Made by a program: the position numbers and the translations under genes | Shown here: positions 32,577-44,931 of the stretch, piece after piece | How positions within the stretch are numbered: the stretch's first letter is position 1 | How the letters are laid out: each line of letters begins with the position of its first letter | The notes under the pieces: generated by a model | Databases searched by the model: none | What the model was told of the DNA's origin: nothing | Seen by the model: only the letters and a program-made list of their open reading frames with translations | NCBI GenBank assembly: GCA_045837725.1 | Contig: JBEWZL010000238.1 | Location: 310,001 to 374,000 of the forward strand | Direction of reading: 5' to 3' | DNA: 64,000 bases | Source of the DNA: Vermamoeba vermiformis | Taxonomy: Eukaryota

Positions 32577-35500
32577 ATGGGAGTTACTTCTTATGTTTCA
32601 TTTATATCAATTTTGCTTTTTGCATTTTATATCCAATCAACGTTTGAGGTATGTAATCATGACAATTTTCAAGTAGCGTAATCATGGATCGGAACTCTTA
32701 CGTAGATCCAATCCTAAATATTCCAAATAATTGTTATTTTTGCCGATTATATTCCAAGTAAGCGTTACAATAATAATATTTTTCTCTCAGTACTAAAAAA
32801 AATTCTGAATTTGTGTTTAATTAATATTAATTGACATGCGATGTCAGATCGTTTCACTGACACTTTTCGCAGTACGGCTTCTATCAGCCAATTCAATTCC
32901 CTTTCAACGATAGCTCAGTTACAGTGCTTGGAACAAATATAATAGACCAAAGAGTATTCTTGACGACAAAGCGCAACGGTTGGGCACATCTGGAGATTTT
33001 CGACATCGTTGGTTCAGGACCAGACACATCCCTATCGCTCATTGAAAATGTCAACCTTGGTTTAAATGTGACTGTAGAAAATATTTATTTATCAAGTGCC
33101 ACTGATGGTGTTCTCGTGCTAGGGTACTCAATTTTGTAAGTTGGATCTGCTTTTTGTATCGCGTCTAATATTGCTTAGAGCTGGAAAGACTCTTATCTAC
33201 GAAAGAAACGCAAGTAATAGTCAATGGGAGCAAGTTGCTTCGTTTGATGTCGTATCGCGAATGGTGCAGATCATCAGCGACACCAAGATCGTGTACCACA
33301 TCAGCACAAACTGGCAATTGAATGCGGGTAAATTACTACGCCAATATATCTATATTAGTACTGACACCATTAAATAGTTTACTCCATTGGTTGTTACGCG
33401 AAGCAAAACAATTCGTGGGTCACGGAGGAGATCGCTTCTTTTAGGACGAGGTAAATAATACTACGCTACATTATACAACCAAAATGATAAAAATCACGCT
33501 TAGGGGCGTATTTTATTATAATGGTACGCTGATTGCCGCAAGCTTGGACGATCTGACAGTTCGGATCTTCGAACAAGTCAATGGAAATTTCGTTCAAGTT
33601 CAACAAACGCCAGTGATCGATGCCGGCAGTTTGGATCAATGGGGAATAAAGCTGTTCTTCTTGAACAAAGACGAATTTTACTTTGGGAACGGAAACATCG
33701 GATCTGGTGTTTCAATGTACATCCATCGATTCGTGCGACTTGATAACGGCACGTGGGCAGACACACAAATAATTGAATCTCAATATCTGTTTGACTCGAC
33801 GGTTGCTGTTAGCAGCGATCTTATTGTCAGTGCTGGGTAAATATCAACGTTATTCAGACCTCGCGAAGATGAGTACTCACCGCGATTTCTTTGTTAGGAA
33901 CTTCATGTCTTTGCCAGAACAGATTATCTTCTTAATAGACACGAACACATTCGACGGCTCAAATTCATTATCATCTTTCAGTTTCATGTATTCTCAAGGC
34001 ATTCCGCTTGACGGAGCGCTTGACTCCAACGGACAAAACATTTTCACCGTGCTCAATCCCGACAAGCAACTTGTGCTCTTTGGAATCAATCCAAGTACCT
34101 TACAATCCGCCCGTAGCCCAGTAAAAACTAATCTGGCGCAGGTTGTGGAAATGAAGTGAAAGAAGAAGACGAGCAATGTGACTCAGGCGTGTACTGCTCA
34201 GTGTTTTGTGAATGCTTGTCGAACTTCACGCGATCCATCAATCCTACCATCTTAAACTGCGTCCCAAGTATGTCAAACTTACTGATATTAATGAGCTTCT
34301 AACACATTTACAAGGTTGTGGCAATGGATATCTTGATGATAACGAAGAGTGTGACGCGTACTTCGCTGACACGTGCCGAGTGGACTGCACATGTCAGAGT
34401 GGCTACGAGCCAACAGGAAATACTAGCTGTCGGCTGAGTACGTTTCATATTAGAGGCACCAATATATAGGTCGTACTAACGACCCATAGTCTGTGGCAAT
34501 GGAGTGATCAACGAGGGTGAGTCGTGTGATCCAGGAATGGATGAGAACTGCGACGCCTCATGCCTGGCTTGCAAACCTGGATTCAATTTGGTCACTAGAA
34601 CGTGTGTAGCAGACGAGCTGCAAGGTACGTAGCACACTCTGCCACATCAAAACATGCTCGTAACGACTACTTGCAGCACCTTCCGACCAACCAAGTGCCA
34701 TGTCAGCCTACGTTATACCGGTTGCAGTTGTAGTGCCCGTCGTTGTGGTGACAGGCATTACTGTGCTTATAGTAATGCTTGTCAAGAAGCGGAATGCACG
34801 AAAGAGAGATAACGAACAAGAATTTGCTCAATTTGGTAAATGTATTTATGTCACGTGCAAAAAAATTAACTCTTACGAAAGTAGATTCGAAGTATATATC
34901 CATTTCAACTGCAAACTCACCTAATAATTCAAGTAAGGCCTGCGCCTTCGAAGTTATGCAACTAATACGTTTTAGACGGCTCCAAACAAAACATATCGAA
35001 CAGCTCGGATAAGAATTTAGATATTGCTTTTAAAGACTTGATCTTGAAGAATGAAATCGGTGCAGGAGCATTCGGCAAAGTGTTCCTCGGAGAGTGGCAG
35101 AAACTTCAAGGTATGACACTTTGACACTTTGACACGGAACCTATTGTTGACACCTCATTTGCATTAGTCGCTTTAAAGTTCAGCAGTGTGGGAGATACGA
35201 ACGAGTTTAGACAGGAGGCCAAACTGATGATGTAAGGACGACATTTTTTCTTGACACATTTGACACCTGTCATGTTTGAACTAACGAGCTTCTTCATAGT
35301 AATCTCCGATCGCATCCCAATGTCGTGCAAGTTCTTGGTCTCTCTCTCGATGGTCCATTCCCAATCTTGATTCTCGAATACTGTGATGGTGGAAGTCTCG
35401 AGTCAGTCATCAAAAAGAACACTCTGAGCGATGAACAGATCATTGATTATGCATTTGGAATTGCACGAGGAATGCTTCACTTGCACTTGAACAATATTGT

Positions 35501-36197
35501 TCATCGAGATCTCGCTGCACGAAACGTTCTCGTAAGAATTCAAGCTGTAAATTGAAACTCGGATCTAACGTCATTTTTTACTAGATCTCTGACGGAGTGC
35601 CAAAAATTTCCGTACGAATTGCTTAATACAAAAATAGATCCTATCTTAATATGGGACTGTTATTAATACCTTTGCAGGACTTTGGTATGGCGCGCTTTGT
35701 CGAAGAGTACAAAGAAGGCAAGACTGGAAATACTGTTGGTCCACTCAACTGGATGGCACCTGAGTCACTTTTACATCAAACATACAGCATCAAATCAGAT
35801 ATGTGGAGCTATGGCTGCGTTCGTAAGTAACTTGGGATAGATGACTTTGAATGGACGTCACTAATTTTCGTTGTAATTTTACGTAGTCTCCGAGCTCACC
35901 AACGACCAACAATTGTACGCAAGTTTGCAGCCAATGGACGTGTACCACGGAGTGACTCGTGGTCAACTTCATCCGACAATTCCTGACAACGCACCAACAG
36001 TGCTCAAGTTGATCATGACAAAATGCTTTGAGTTCGATCCTGACAAGCGTCCGGTATGTCGATATTTATATCCTACACAAAGCTAACAACGACATGCTAA
36101 TTTGCTTTTAAAGACTTTTGAAGAAGTGTGCAACTGGCTTCGCGAGCCGTCGCAATTTCAAACGAAAAATCCCGTGGCTCAAAGCTTGACGTCGTGA
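32577..36197 (+). CDS. Receptor tyrosine-kinase-like protein, copy 2 (tandem paralogue)
   Basis: Same exon structure and motifs as copy 1; kinase exons nearly identical. Confidence 0.9.
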
Positions 36198-36376
36198 GAT
36201 TAATGTTGCAGGTGGCTTACAATAATCTGATAAATTACTAATGTTTTTATTACTATCTGATTGCAGTTCGTTGCTGCTCGTAAAAAATTACAGGGAAAGG
36301 GGCTCTTGGTTGCATGACAAAAAGCGAGTTTATTTGCAAACTACAGCATCATTGGAGCAACTAGAATAGAAGTCAC

Positions 36377-37696
36377 TTACACGGAAATATCGGCAGTAAT
36401 TGCGAAATTTCCGGTAACAGCGATGTTCGTAATTGAAATGCCAGTATCTTGGCCAGCATACGTTCTAGTGCTAGGATTGCTAGACGGGGTTAGATTTGCG
36501 TTGTTAGAAGCGCCAGGGAACGGGTCACCAGCATCACCTCTTGAACGACTAGTTTCAAGCTCTCTCTTGCCATCAGCCTGCAAAAGAGCCACCTTGTAGT
36601 GTCGCTCATCGTTGTTGTTGGGCTGGTCTTCGTCAATACGCCAAGCAAGGAGACCATGGGACGCCAGGGCCACATCGTAGCCGAGGGCTTGTCTGTTTTC
36701 AAGTAAGAAGTATTCTTTCTTATTATGCAATTTGCCGAACGAGTAGACCAAGGTACTGGTTTCCACAGGGTTGATGGTGATGGATTGACGATTGTTGATG
36801 CGAACTTCTGAAACCCATTCTTGCTTCAACTTGCACCAAGCAGACGGATGCGAAGGCTTGTCTCCTTTGCCGTTCCAAGAACCATAACCCATCAAGCACC
36901 AGCTACCAACTCCGTATGAAGAGTTATCGGTGTCGTACAGATCTGGAAAGCCGAACAACAGGTGGCCTAATTCGTGAGCGCAAACACCAATTCTTGCATC
37001 CTCGGGGACGGTAAGATAGCCATAGACTTTTTTCTTGTTCACAACTTCAGGAGTCGTAATGTTGTACTTGTGAGACCAAATGTCGTTGGAATTCCAAGTA
37101 GTTTCGCCTCCAGGGCCAGCATGAATGACGATGAAGGCATCGACGTAGCCGTTGTTGTCGTTGTCGTACTTGGCAAAGTCCACTAGACTCTTCACCAATT
37201 GAAGTGCGTTGAATGCCAGCACGGGAGCGCGAATATCTCCGACTTGCGATCCAATCGCAACACGACCAGTGCCAAAGTTGCCATTGCCGTACCAAGCATG
37301 AGTCTGCGGAAGTTCCACGGGCCCAACTACTTGTCCAGTAATGCCGACGAGACCATTAGACACTTCGCGGTAATAATGATTGACACTATCTTTAGGAGCA
37401 AAGAATAGTTTTTCAAATTCTTCCTTTGATCGTGTGAGTTTTCTGTCGGAAAAACCGGCTAAAACCACGATAACGTTCAGATCTCCTCGTAGCTTTTGGC
37501 GAACTCGTTGCTCCTTGATAGCAGAAAACGTCCAATCCAAGGGCTCCTCTTCGGGTCTGGTCGCGACTCCGTCAGCGAACCCCAAAGTCTGGGGGACATG
37601 AACTCGGGTAGTGAACGGAATCATTTGGTGCAAAGGAGTTCCGACATGAGCGTCGATGGTCGCAGGGTCTGGGGGAATAGCGCAGAAATGAGTCAT
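36377..37696 (-). CDS. Immune inhibitor A / peptidase M6 family zinc metalloprotease, intronless
   Basis: SVNHYYREVSNG, YDNDNNGYVDAFIVIHAGPG, IWSHK, HELGHLLFGFPDLYD, WCLMGYGSW, HPSAWCK, EYFLLENR, GDAGDPFPG. Confidence 0.92.
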   Translation of the reverse strand: MTHFCAIPPDPATIDAHVGTPLHQMIPFTTRVHVPQTLGFADGVATRPEEEPLDWTFSAIKEQRVRQKLRGDLNVIVVLAGFSDRKLTRSKEEFEKLFFAPKDSVNHYYREVSNGLVGITGQVVGPVELPQTHAWYGNGNFGTGRVAIGSQVGDIRAPVLAFNALQLVKSLVDFAKYDNDNNGYVDAFIVIHAGPGGETTWNSNDIWSHKYNITTPEVVNKKKVYGYLTVPEDARIGVCAHELGHLLFGFPDLYDTDNSSYGVGSWCLMGYGSWNGKGDKPSHPSAWCKLKQEWVSEVRINNRQSITINPVETSTLVYSFGKLHNKKEYFLLENRQALGYDVALASHGLLAWRIDEDQPNNNDERHYKVALLQADGKRELETSRSRGDAGDPFPGASNNANLTPSSNPSTRTYAGQDTGISITNIAVTGNFAITADISV

Positions 37697-37825
37697 GTTC
37701 TTCTGTTGAGTGTTGACAAGTAATGAATTACAGTGAAAAACAATCCATTAAATAGATGGATTTTGTCTAAATTTAGAGCAACAAATATTCCAGATGCTTC
37801 CGAAGCTAATAGATTGGCTGAATTG

Positions 37826-38048
37826 GTTTTTGGAGTTTTCCGTTTGGTCTCCGAAATTGGCAAACTGTACCAAAACTCAATTACATAAAGAATCGTCACT
37901 CATGACTACTTTGCGTTTTGGCGCTGTTTGCCAATTTCGGTCCGCAGAGCGGAAAATCTCGAAACGTCACCAGGCAGCAAAGTACTGTAGCATTGCGTTT
38001 TGGTGCCGCGTGTCAAATTTGGATCTCAGAGCGGAAAATCTCAAAACG
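37826..38048. promoter_or_regulatory. Repeated element in a divergent promoter: two direct copies and one inverted copy
   Basis: 37911-37966 and 37993-38048 both read TTGCGTTTTGG...CAGAGCGGAAAATCTCRAAACG. The inverted copy at 37826-37865 shares GTTTGCCAATTTCGG and CGGAAAA. Confidence 0.65.
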
Positions 38049-38101
38049 GCGGGAGGATTCTAGCTTTGATTGACGATTCTTTAATTCAAACATTCTACAA
38101 C

Positions 38102-38692
38102 ATGGCACAACCACGACTCGAAAAAATTTTGGAGAGTACTACAACTGATGAACAGGTTCGCGCTGTTAATATAACAGACACCCCGACTCCGACCGTTCCA
38201 AATTTCAAGAATTGGACTGTAAGACAGATTATTGGTTATTCCTTCGTCGCAGTACTAGTAGTCGCTCTTAATGCGGCAATCGGAGCCTACAGCGACCACC
38301 CAGACGTAGTCAAGCCTATGTCAATCGTTGCTGCTGGTCTTGGCTTTATTACTGCCGTATTAAGCACTGCTTTTGCCGTCAGATCAGACACTGCCGTAAA
38401 GACCGCGAAAAATGAAGTCAACGAAGCTATCAAAGGAGTCGCACTGCAACAAAACGTAGTGAACAAAATGAGTGAAGTGGCAGAGGGTTTATTCCACGAA
38501 TTGCCAGCCAACAAAAAAGACGAATTACTTGGGGTCGCCCGGGACACGGCCGGTCGTCTCCATCAACCAATTACGGTGTTTCAAGCTGACATTCATCGTG
38601 CCGCCAGTCAATCTGCCGGGGCTGAGGCCGTCGCTCCTGCAATCAATACCAAACAAGTGATCAAGTTTCTTACATTGAATCGTATTGGATAG
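38102..38692 (+). CDS. Intronless 196-aa protein with a 2-TM hairpin and helical tail (SLATT-like topology)
   Basis: ATG in good context (AACATGG); IIGYSFVAVLVVALNAAIGAY and MSIVAAGLGFITAVLSTAFAV followed by amphipathic helices. Confidence 0.75.
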   Translation: MAQPRLEKILESTTTDEQVRAVNITDTPTPTVPNFKNWTVRQIIGYSFVAVLVVALNAAIGAYSDHPDVVKPMSIVAAGLGFITAVLSTAFAVRSDTAVKTAKNEVNEAIKGVALQQNVVNKMSEVAEGLFHELPANKKDELLGVARDTAGRLHQPITVFQADIHRAASQSAGAEAVAPAINTKQVIKFLTLNRIG

Positions 38693-38985
38693 GCTCCGAA
38701 CTTGTAACGAATTTTCTAATAAAGAGTTGTTCCGCTCTGTGTTTTTTGTACGGTCAACTGGTACACGCACGAAACGTTTCGTTTACTGTTGTGGCTTAGC
38801 GATTGATTATAAACCATTAAATAGCTTTCTGATCACGATTCGTTTTGTTACAGATTTGACGCGTCAACATGTGTAATTTACAAACTTAATGCTTTTGTTT
38901 TTAGTAGGAGCGGCGTAACTCGGTACTTAATCTATGCTTATTTATACCTAATGATTGATCTAAAGCTTATTCTAGGCACAGCACG

Positions 38986-41837
38986 TTAGATCCACAAAAT
39001 GTCGGGTAGTCCGATTTGGTTTCTCGATTCCTTTGGCTTGGTCTTGGGCGTGTACGTTGGGGTTTTTTTCGGTTTGTTCATTGCATTTGTACGAGCTCTT
39101 CGTAGCTGATTGTTCGCATTTGTAGGCAGAATTACAGTAATTGCAGAATGGCCTCGCTTTGGTTGCATTACCTGGGCCGTGGATCCTGTTGGATTAATAC
39201 CATCGCCACGACCTTTGCCAGGGCCCTTCTTGTTAGCCGGGCGCTTAATATTTGCATTGTGATTACCCGTCAAACTCCCAGGCGACGATGCTGAGCGGAT
39301 AGAAGGGTCACTAGAGTCGCTTGATTTGCTTGTGTTTTTGTCACTCCCTTTGTGTTGATGTCGAATTCTATGAGTCGGAGGACCGTCCGAGCTTTGTGTG
39401 CTATTTATGGTAAGTGAGTTATTGCTATCGAACGAGGACACAAAAAGCTCGTTAGGGTCTTTTGGTACCAAAACAAGTTTTTTCCAAACTTGAGACTTGG
39501 CTACAAAATCACTCATTTCTTCTTCGACCGTCGCCTTGGAACGTGAATCTGAGGTTGAGTCGAATTAGTTGCAGCAACTAAGTAATGAGATATCAATTAA
39601 TGCGCACCTTTGAATTTTGGTGTCGCTTCTGGCACTGTCCGAACATTCTCTTGAGCTGCTGCAATGACGTAATTAGTTATTGTTCTTATACCATCAGTTG
39701 AACAATCGTACTTTTGTCATTGCTACTAGGTGCAGAGATCTTCAAATGTTCGTAAAGTTCACGACCGAGCAATTCAACGATGCCTTTCTTCTTCAGTATG
39801 ATCAGTTCGACGTTCTCGGGAATATAAGGGCACTTTTCTCCGTTAATACATCGGACATAATCATCTTTTGAATCGATAAAGCACTTCTTCAGTCGGATTT
39901 TCTCGCAGGCGTTGGCGTGAGTAATTGCAACGTAAACAAACGTCAACTTGTAAGTAATTGTTGTTGAATCATTGTCTTCATGCACGTTTTTGAAGCTCAG
40001 TTTTCGATGGCCATATCGCTAAACGAGCGAAATTAATTATATTAAATCTGCTAGGGTAAGCCTAAACGTACCTTCTCTTCCGTTGTTACAAACGGACATT
40101 TCGCCAGTTCGTCCAGTACTTCCCAAAACGATAAATCTTGCTCTCCGTGCTGCACTTGGAAACACAACAGATGGTGCACAGGATTGCTCGGGTCACTGTC
40201 ATTTCGGAGTTTAGCAAACACGTCAGGGCCGTGAGACACGTTTCTTGTGCGAACGACGTGCGTGTCGTCCATAGCACGGAGTAAGTCCGGCCAGTTTTTC
40301 GTGTGCAAGCGGGCGAGATTAAAAATCTTTCGGTTTGTGAAGTTACGTGCTCGTGTGAAGTCATATACTCCACTATTAAGGTCCATTTTGGGTCCGAGAA
40401 GCACTTGATTGACCTTGTGCTGCAAATCCGCAACAAAAGATGTCCGAAGAAATTCAAAGCGTTGGCCGTAGGTTTGTACTGCAATGCCATGATGGTTCGA
40501 AGTAGCGATGTTCTTTGCTACAATTTCTTGCATGAATTTCCATAGCTCCTCGTCTCCGCTTGGCAACGTAAATCCTTCGAGGCAGTCGAGTTGATACAAT
40601 CCTTGCAAAGAGGAAGGCATGCACAGCAATGACGTCGTATTCGCATCGTAATCTGAGACGATCGATCCATCTGTTGAATAAACTACACTAGTTCGTATCA
40701 GCCAAAAACCGCATGCAGGAGCTAAGTACTTCAACGGCACGTTTTTGATACGCCATGTCTCTTTCAGGGCATAGGATCGTACACTCCACACGTAAAGCTT
40801 ACGAAATATCTTTCGCACACGCTTATCAATCTGCCATACTTCTAACGGTGACATGTCACTGTTCTCTTTGTCAGTTTTATCAGAGTTATATGGACCATCC
40901 CTGATAAAGATTGTTATCAAGCAAGTTCGGTGAAGTGGAATAAAGATATCACGCATCATAATAATGACCGTAAATTAATAACGGTATGAATGAAAGTCGT
41001 TTTAATGGATCGGAAAAGTTGATTTGGTACTTACCGCTCTCTATCAAACCTAGTAACGCCAAGATGGACGATTTTCTTGTTCAGACCGGAGATTGCATCA
41101 CTTTTGGACAGCGAGAGTAGTGCCGAGACGTCTCCAAGTATTAAAAAGCAAAGGTTAGGGCTCTCTGCGTACGTCTTATGCACGAATGTTATATCTTCTG
41201 CCGTTGCATTCTCCACAACAACCAAATGTTTTGTTTTAACGGCCTCGAGCTCCGTTACAAGATCCGTTACGCGATCTGCGTCGCAAAATCGAATACCAAT
41301 TGAAGATGCATCAATGGCATCGTTCAGCTCGTTTTCAATGTCGGAGAGGTGCTCCGTCGTCCAATCAAATCCCCACAAGTATTGGATGTACTGCCGCGTA
41401 ATGCCTGGTTGAAAATTCAGCTTGATATTTCCTTCGTGCTGCTTGGGAGCAAACATTGTAATTATTTCGAAGTAAGCTGTTCTCGTAAGGTCTTCAATGC
41501 ACGTTTGAATCACTAGATCACTTGTTTCATCCTTTGAATCCAATATAAGACCTGTATTTGGCAATCTGAATCTAACGCTCTTATTCTTTTTGAATAGTGC
41601 AGAGATTGAACTTGTTTTATCTCGCAGATTGTTTGTTTTTAAGCAAGATCTACGGCAAGCTAGAGATTAATGTAGACTTAACAAGGCTCCGAAACAAATC
41701 GTTAAAGCGCTTTTTATGTCGACATACCTTATAGGGCGCTTTGCAGTGGTCCGACATTCAATATGTCCCTGTATAAATGAACGATTAATATTTGGCGCGA
41801 AACCCGAATCTGTTTTGCACTTTCCAAAACCAAACAT
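38986..41837 (-). CDS. Crinkler/RHS-like protein: degenerate NTPase + REase-fold domain + disordered tail (5' end uncertain)
   Basis: ORFs 41031-41564, 40051-40959, 39686-39985 and 38986-39516 link through GT-AG introns. Walker-B-like HLVVVENA; G..FE...GPDV...LLCFQVQ...E..K pattern. Confidence 0.55.
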
Positions 41838-42511
41838 CGCGTGACTTAATTGCTAATTAAATATTGATTACAGTATTAATATTCAGACGATTATTTAGTC
41901 AGCATAAAATAATTGTTTCAAATGTAACACATGCATTGATCCGAAACTCCAGGAGTACACTGTAATCAACTTACACGAACACCAATAGCATTAATGTTAT
42001 TTTGATGCAAATTCATTATCTTCTAGTTCTCGTGTTGTGCATCGTAAAAGATAATTATAACTTTTGATACTGAGCAAAAGCCTTGTTTACAACGAAACAA
42101 AAGAACCATGTTGCCACCAAATTAAATAATTAACTCGCCAAATTGTATTATTACATGAATATGCGTGTAATTTTACGAGCAACGAAGAACTGCAACCAGA
42201 TCGTCGAATCTGAAAACAAAAATTAAATTTATTAATTCTTCGGATTATTTTACGCCACCCGCAACATAAACCTTATTGCTGATATTATTATATTTACTAA
42301 TAATATTGAATTTTAATCAGATCAAAGAAATTTTGGGGGGGCTTACCTCTCACTCGCGGATCACTCAAATAAGGATTATTTAACTACAGTTCTTAGGTAT
42401 TTAATAATCTTTTGAATATTTTGGACCCTTCTGGTACCTGGTTGGACAAAGAACTAAACAATTAAATTTTTTTATTTTTTGAGACGAGCAACATAAGCCT
42501 TATGTAAAACA

Positions 42512-43151
42512 ATGGGCAACCAAGAAAGTGCAGATGCAATTGAACCACTGACAATGATTTATAAAGATGAGTACGTGATGCTCGATGAAACAGGGCTCAC
42601 GATCAACATGTATTTCTTTCCTGGAGGCTCTAAACGAATATTATACGACGATATATTGAAAGTATCTACAGATAAAGAATTAGGACTCGGAAGCTTCGAT
42701 TATAAAACCTGGGGTAAGCGATAAAAATAAATTAAAAAATTTGCCATTTTTTTCCCGCCTTGTATTTCATAATTACACTATTTTGTCACTAAATAATTTG
42801 CAATAATGGATGGAGTCAATAATAAAAATATTCATAATTGAAATAATCCATACTGCAATTATTTGGCATTATTTTTCAACCTCTGGAAATTTAGCCGCAA
42901 TTTATGCGACGGTTCGCTGTAACTAAGCGTTTATTTGAATAGGTATGGGTACTTCTAATATATGGTGGGCATTGGACAAGCGAAGGCTTCAATTTAGCAG
43001 TAACAATCCGGATTCGATCGTGATCGAGCTGAAAACGGACTGGATCCGGAAAGGCTTTGCTGCTGAAAACGTGCCCAAGGTACTAGAAATATTAAGAAGT
43101 AAAACTGAAACACCTAACACACGAGTACGACGATTTGATGGTGACTTCTAG
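42512..43151 (+). CDS. Small, possibly myristoylated protein with a PH-like beta domain (2 exons)
   Basis: MGNQES start; YFFP..KRI..DDI..KTWG | MG..IWWALDKRR; in-frame splice. Confidence 0.75.
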
Positions 43152-43582
43152 CATCACGCGAAGACATCAAAAGAAAAACACTTGTAAAAAGCCAAATAAT
43201 GTAAATATTACCTTCCTTACACAATTTAACTATTCTATTGAATCGTATTACGGTCAATTAATATAGTGAGTCGCACAGAAGCTTCCAAATGAAACACAAC
43301 GAGATCAGCTTTTGTTTCTCCCACATTCCTTAGTCTCAATTACACCACGCTTGCAACTGCTAAACACCATGAATGATGATAGCTCCTATAGGGAATTACA
43401 GAAACAAAGATCGGTACTGAGTGTGACGACAAGATCGGATCCTGTATCACAATCGTAAAGATTAAAGTGCGGCGAATACGGTTTACTTGCTGAAGGAATG
43501 GATGGTGATAGAGCTTTGAAGTTTTCGATATTTATTAGGCGTGTGTTAAATTAGGTTTGTTTTTCTCGGCGTTTCAGTATCA

Positions 43583-44660
43583 TCAAGCATCATCAATATT
43601 ATTATTATTATTATCAGCCAGCTCTTTATCGCGTTGTATTTGCATCTTTATATCCTCTTTCGTGTTGAAATTCATTTTAGGCAGCTTTGTCCACCGACTG
43701 CAATGCTTAGCCATCAGAGCGATAAATTTCTCACCCCACACAATACCGTACCGTGTACCGTTAGTACTGGATGCCATATATACACCCCATTCACGATTAG
43801 GATGGGCCACATATTCATAGTGTGTATGCTTTGCAAGCAATCCAAATTCGCACAATCGGTTATGGATGTACTTCACCCAAGGACATAATTGAGTGCATAA
43901 TTCGTTTGCAAATAGCAAATGAGGATGAAATTTCTTTTTCACTGAATCAGCTTCGAAGTCCATCAAGCGTGTCGTTGGATTTGCCAAAAACGGATCTAAT
44001 GTCAACTCCATCACGCTTGCATAGAACGCCTTAGTAATATCCCAATCTATCTGCTCAATTGCATAAGCATAACCGTAGCCATCATCGTCGTCACCGTCAG
44101 GCAAATTAAACAAGTTGTGGTTGAACTTGAATCCGTACCGAGCAGCGGCTTCAGGAATATCTTTGAAGGGATTAGGTTCTAAGTCATTGATCATTTGCCA
44201 TCCTCCAATATCAGCTGTAATATTAATCTATTAGTTCTGGTCAAACTAAAAAAATGGATCATCTAAATCCGCTTACCGTAGTCAGTGTTCCGGATGGCTG
44301 ATACCAAAGCCATGTCGTATGTATACCTTCTAATGTATGAAATTCTCCATTCACGATTATTTTGCTCGTCAGGCGGCAGAAAGTATTTAACAAATGGATT
44401 GTCTTCATAAATATCGTACGGATCGCCAAAATCGCTGTAATATTTGCTCTTCCAATATTGATCCTAATTAAATCGGTTATTAGACAGTTAATTAGTTAAT
44501 TATCAAATAAAATATCAATTTTGATCTTTACCTACTTTGTTCAAATAGCCGTGCAAGAGCTTACATGACGCCCCGATAGCTATAATAATATTTAAGGTAT
44601 CGATAGATCTTCAGAAATAATTTTACTGAAGATCTCGGCAGGAAGGTTGTCAAACCTCAT
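43583..44660 (-). CDS. F-box-like protein (F-box interrupted by a frameshift or a 47-nt intron)
   Basis: MRFDNLPAEIF...IGASCKLL...DQYWKSKY..DFG; long final exon matches ORF 43583-44194. Confidence 0.6.
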
Positions 44661-44931
44661 CTGGAACTGTTCGTAATACGTTGGTTCTGTTCACTAGCGA
44701 CGATTATTTATATTCAATCTCGTCTTCACGCGAGCGCAAACGTAAAGATGCGTCAGCAGACAGAACCATTTTTTCAACCGCCAGATCTGCTCACCACGAT
44801 CCTTCTATCTTCTTAGTACTTGTGCCATTGTTAAAAACACACCTTATTTAACCTCTACGAAAGCTTTCATAGTTAGTAAACAGTAACCAAGAAGACTTTT
44901 CTACTTTGAAGGATCAAGAGAACCTCGCTAG

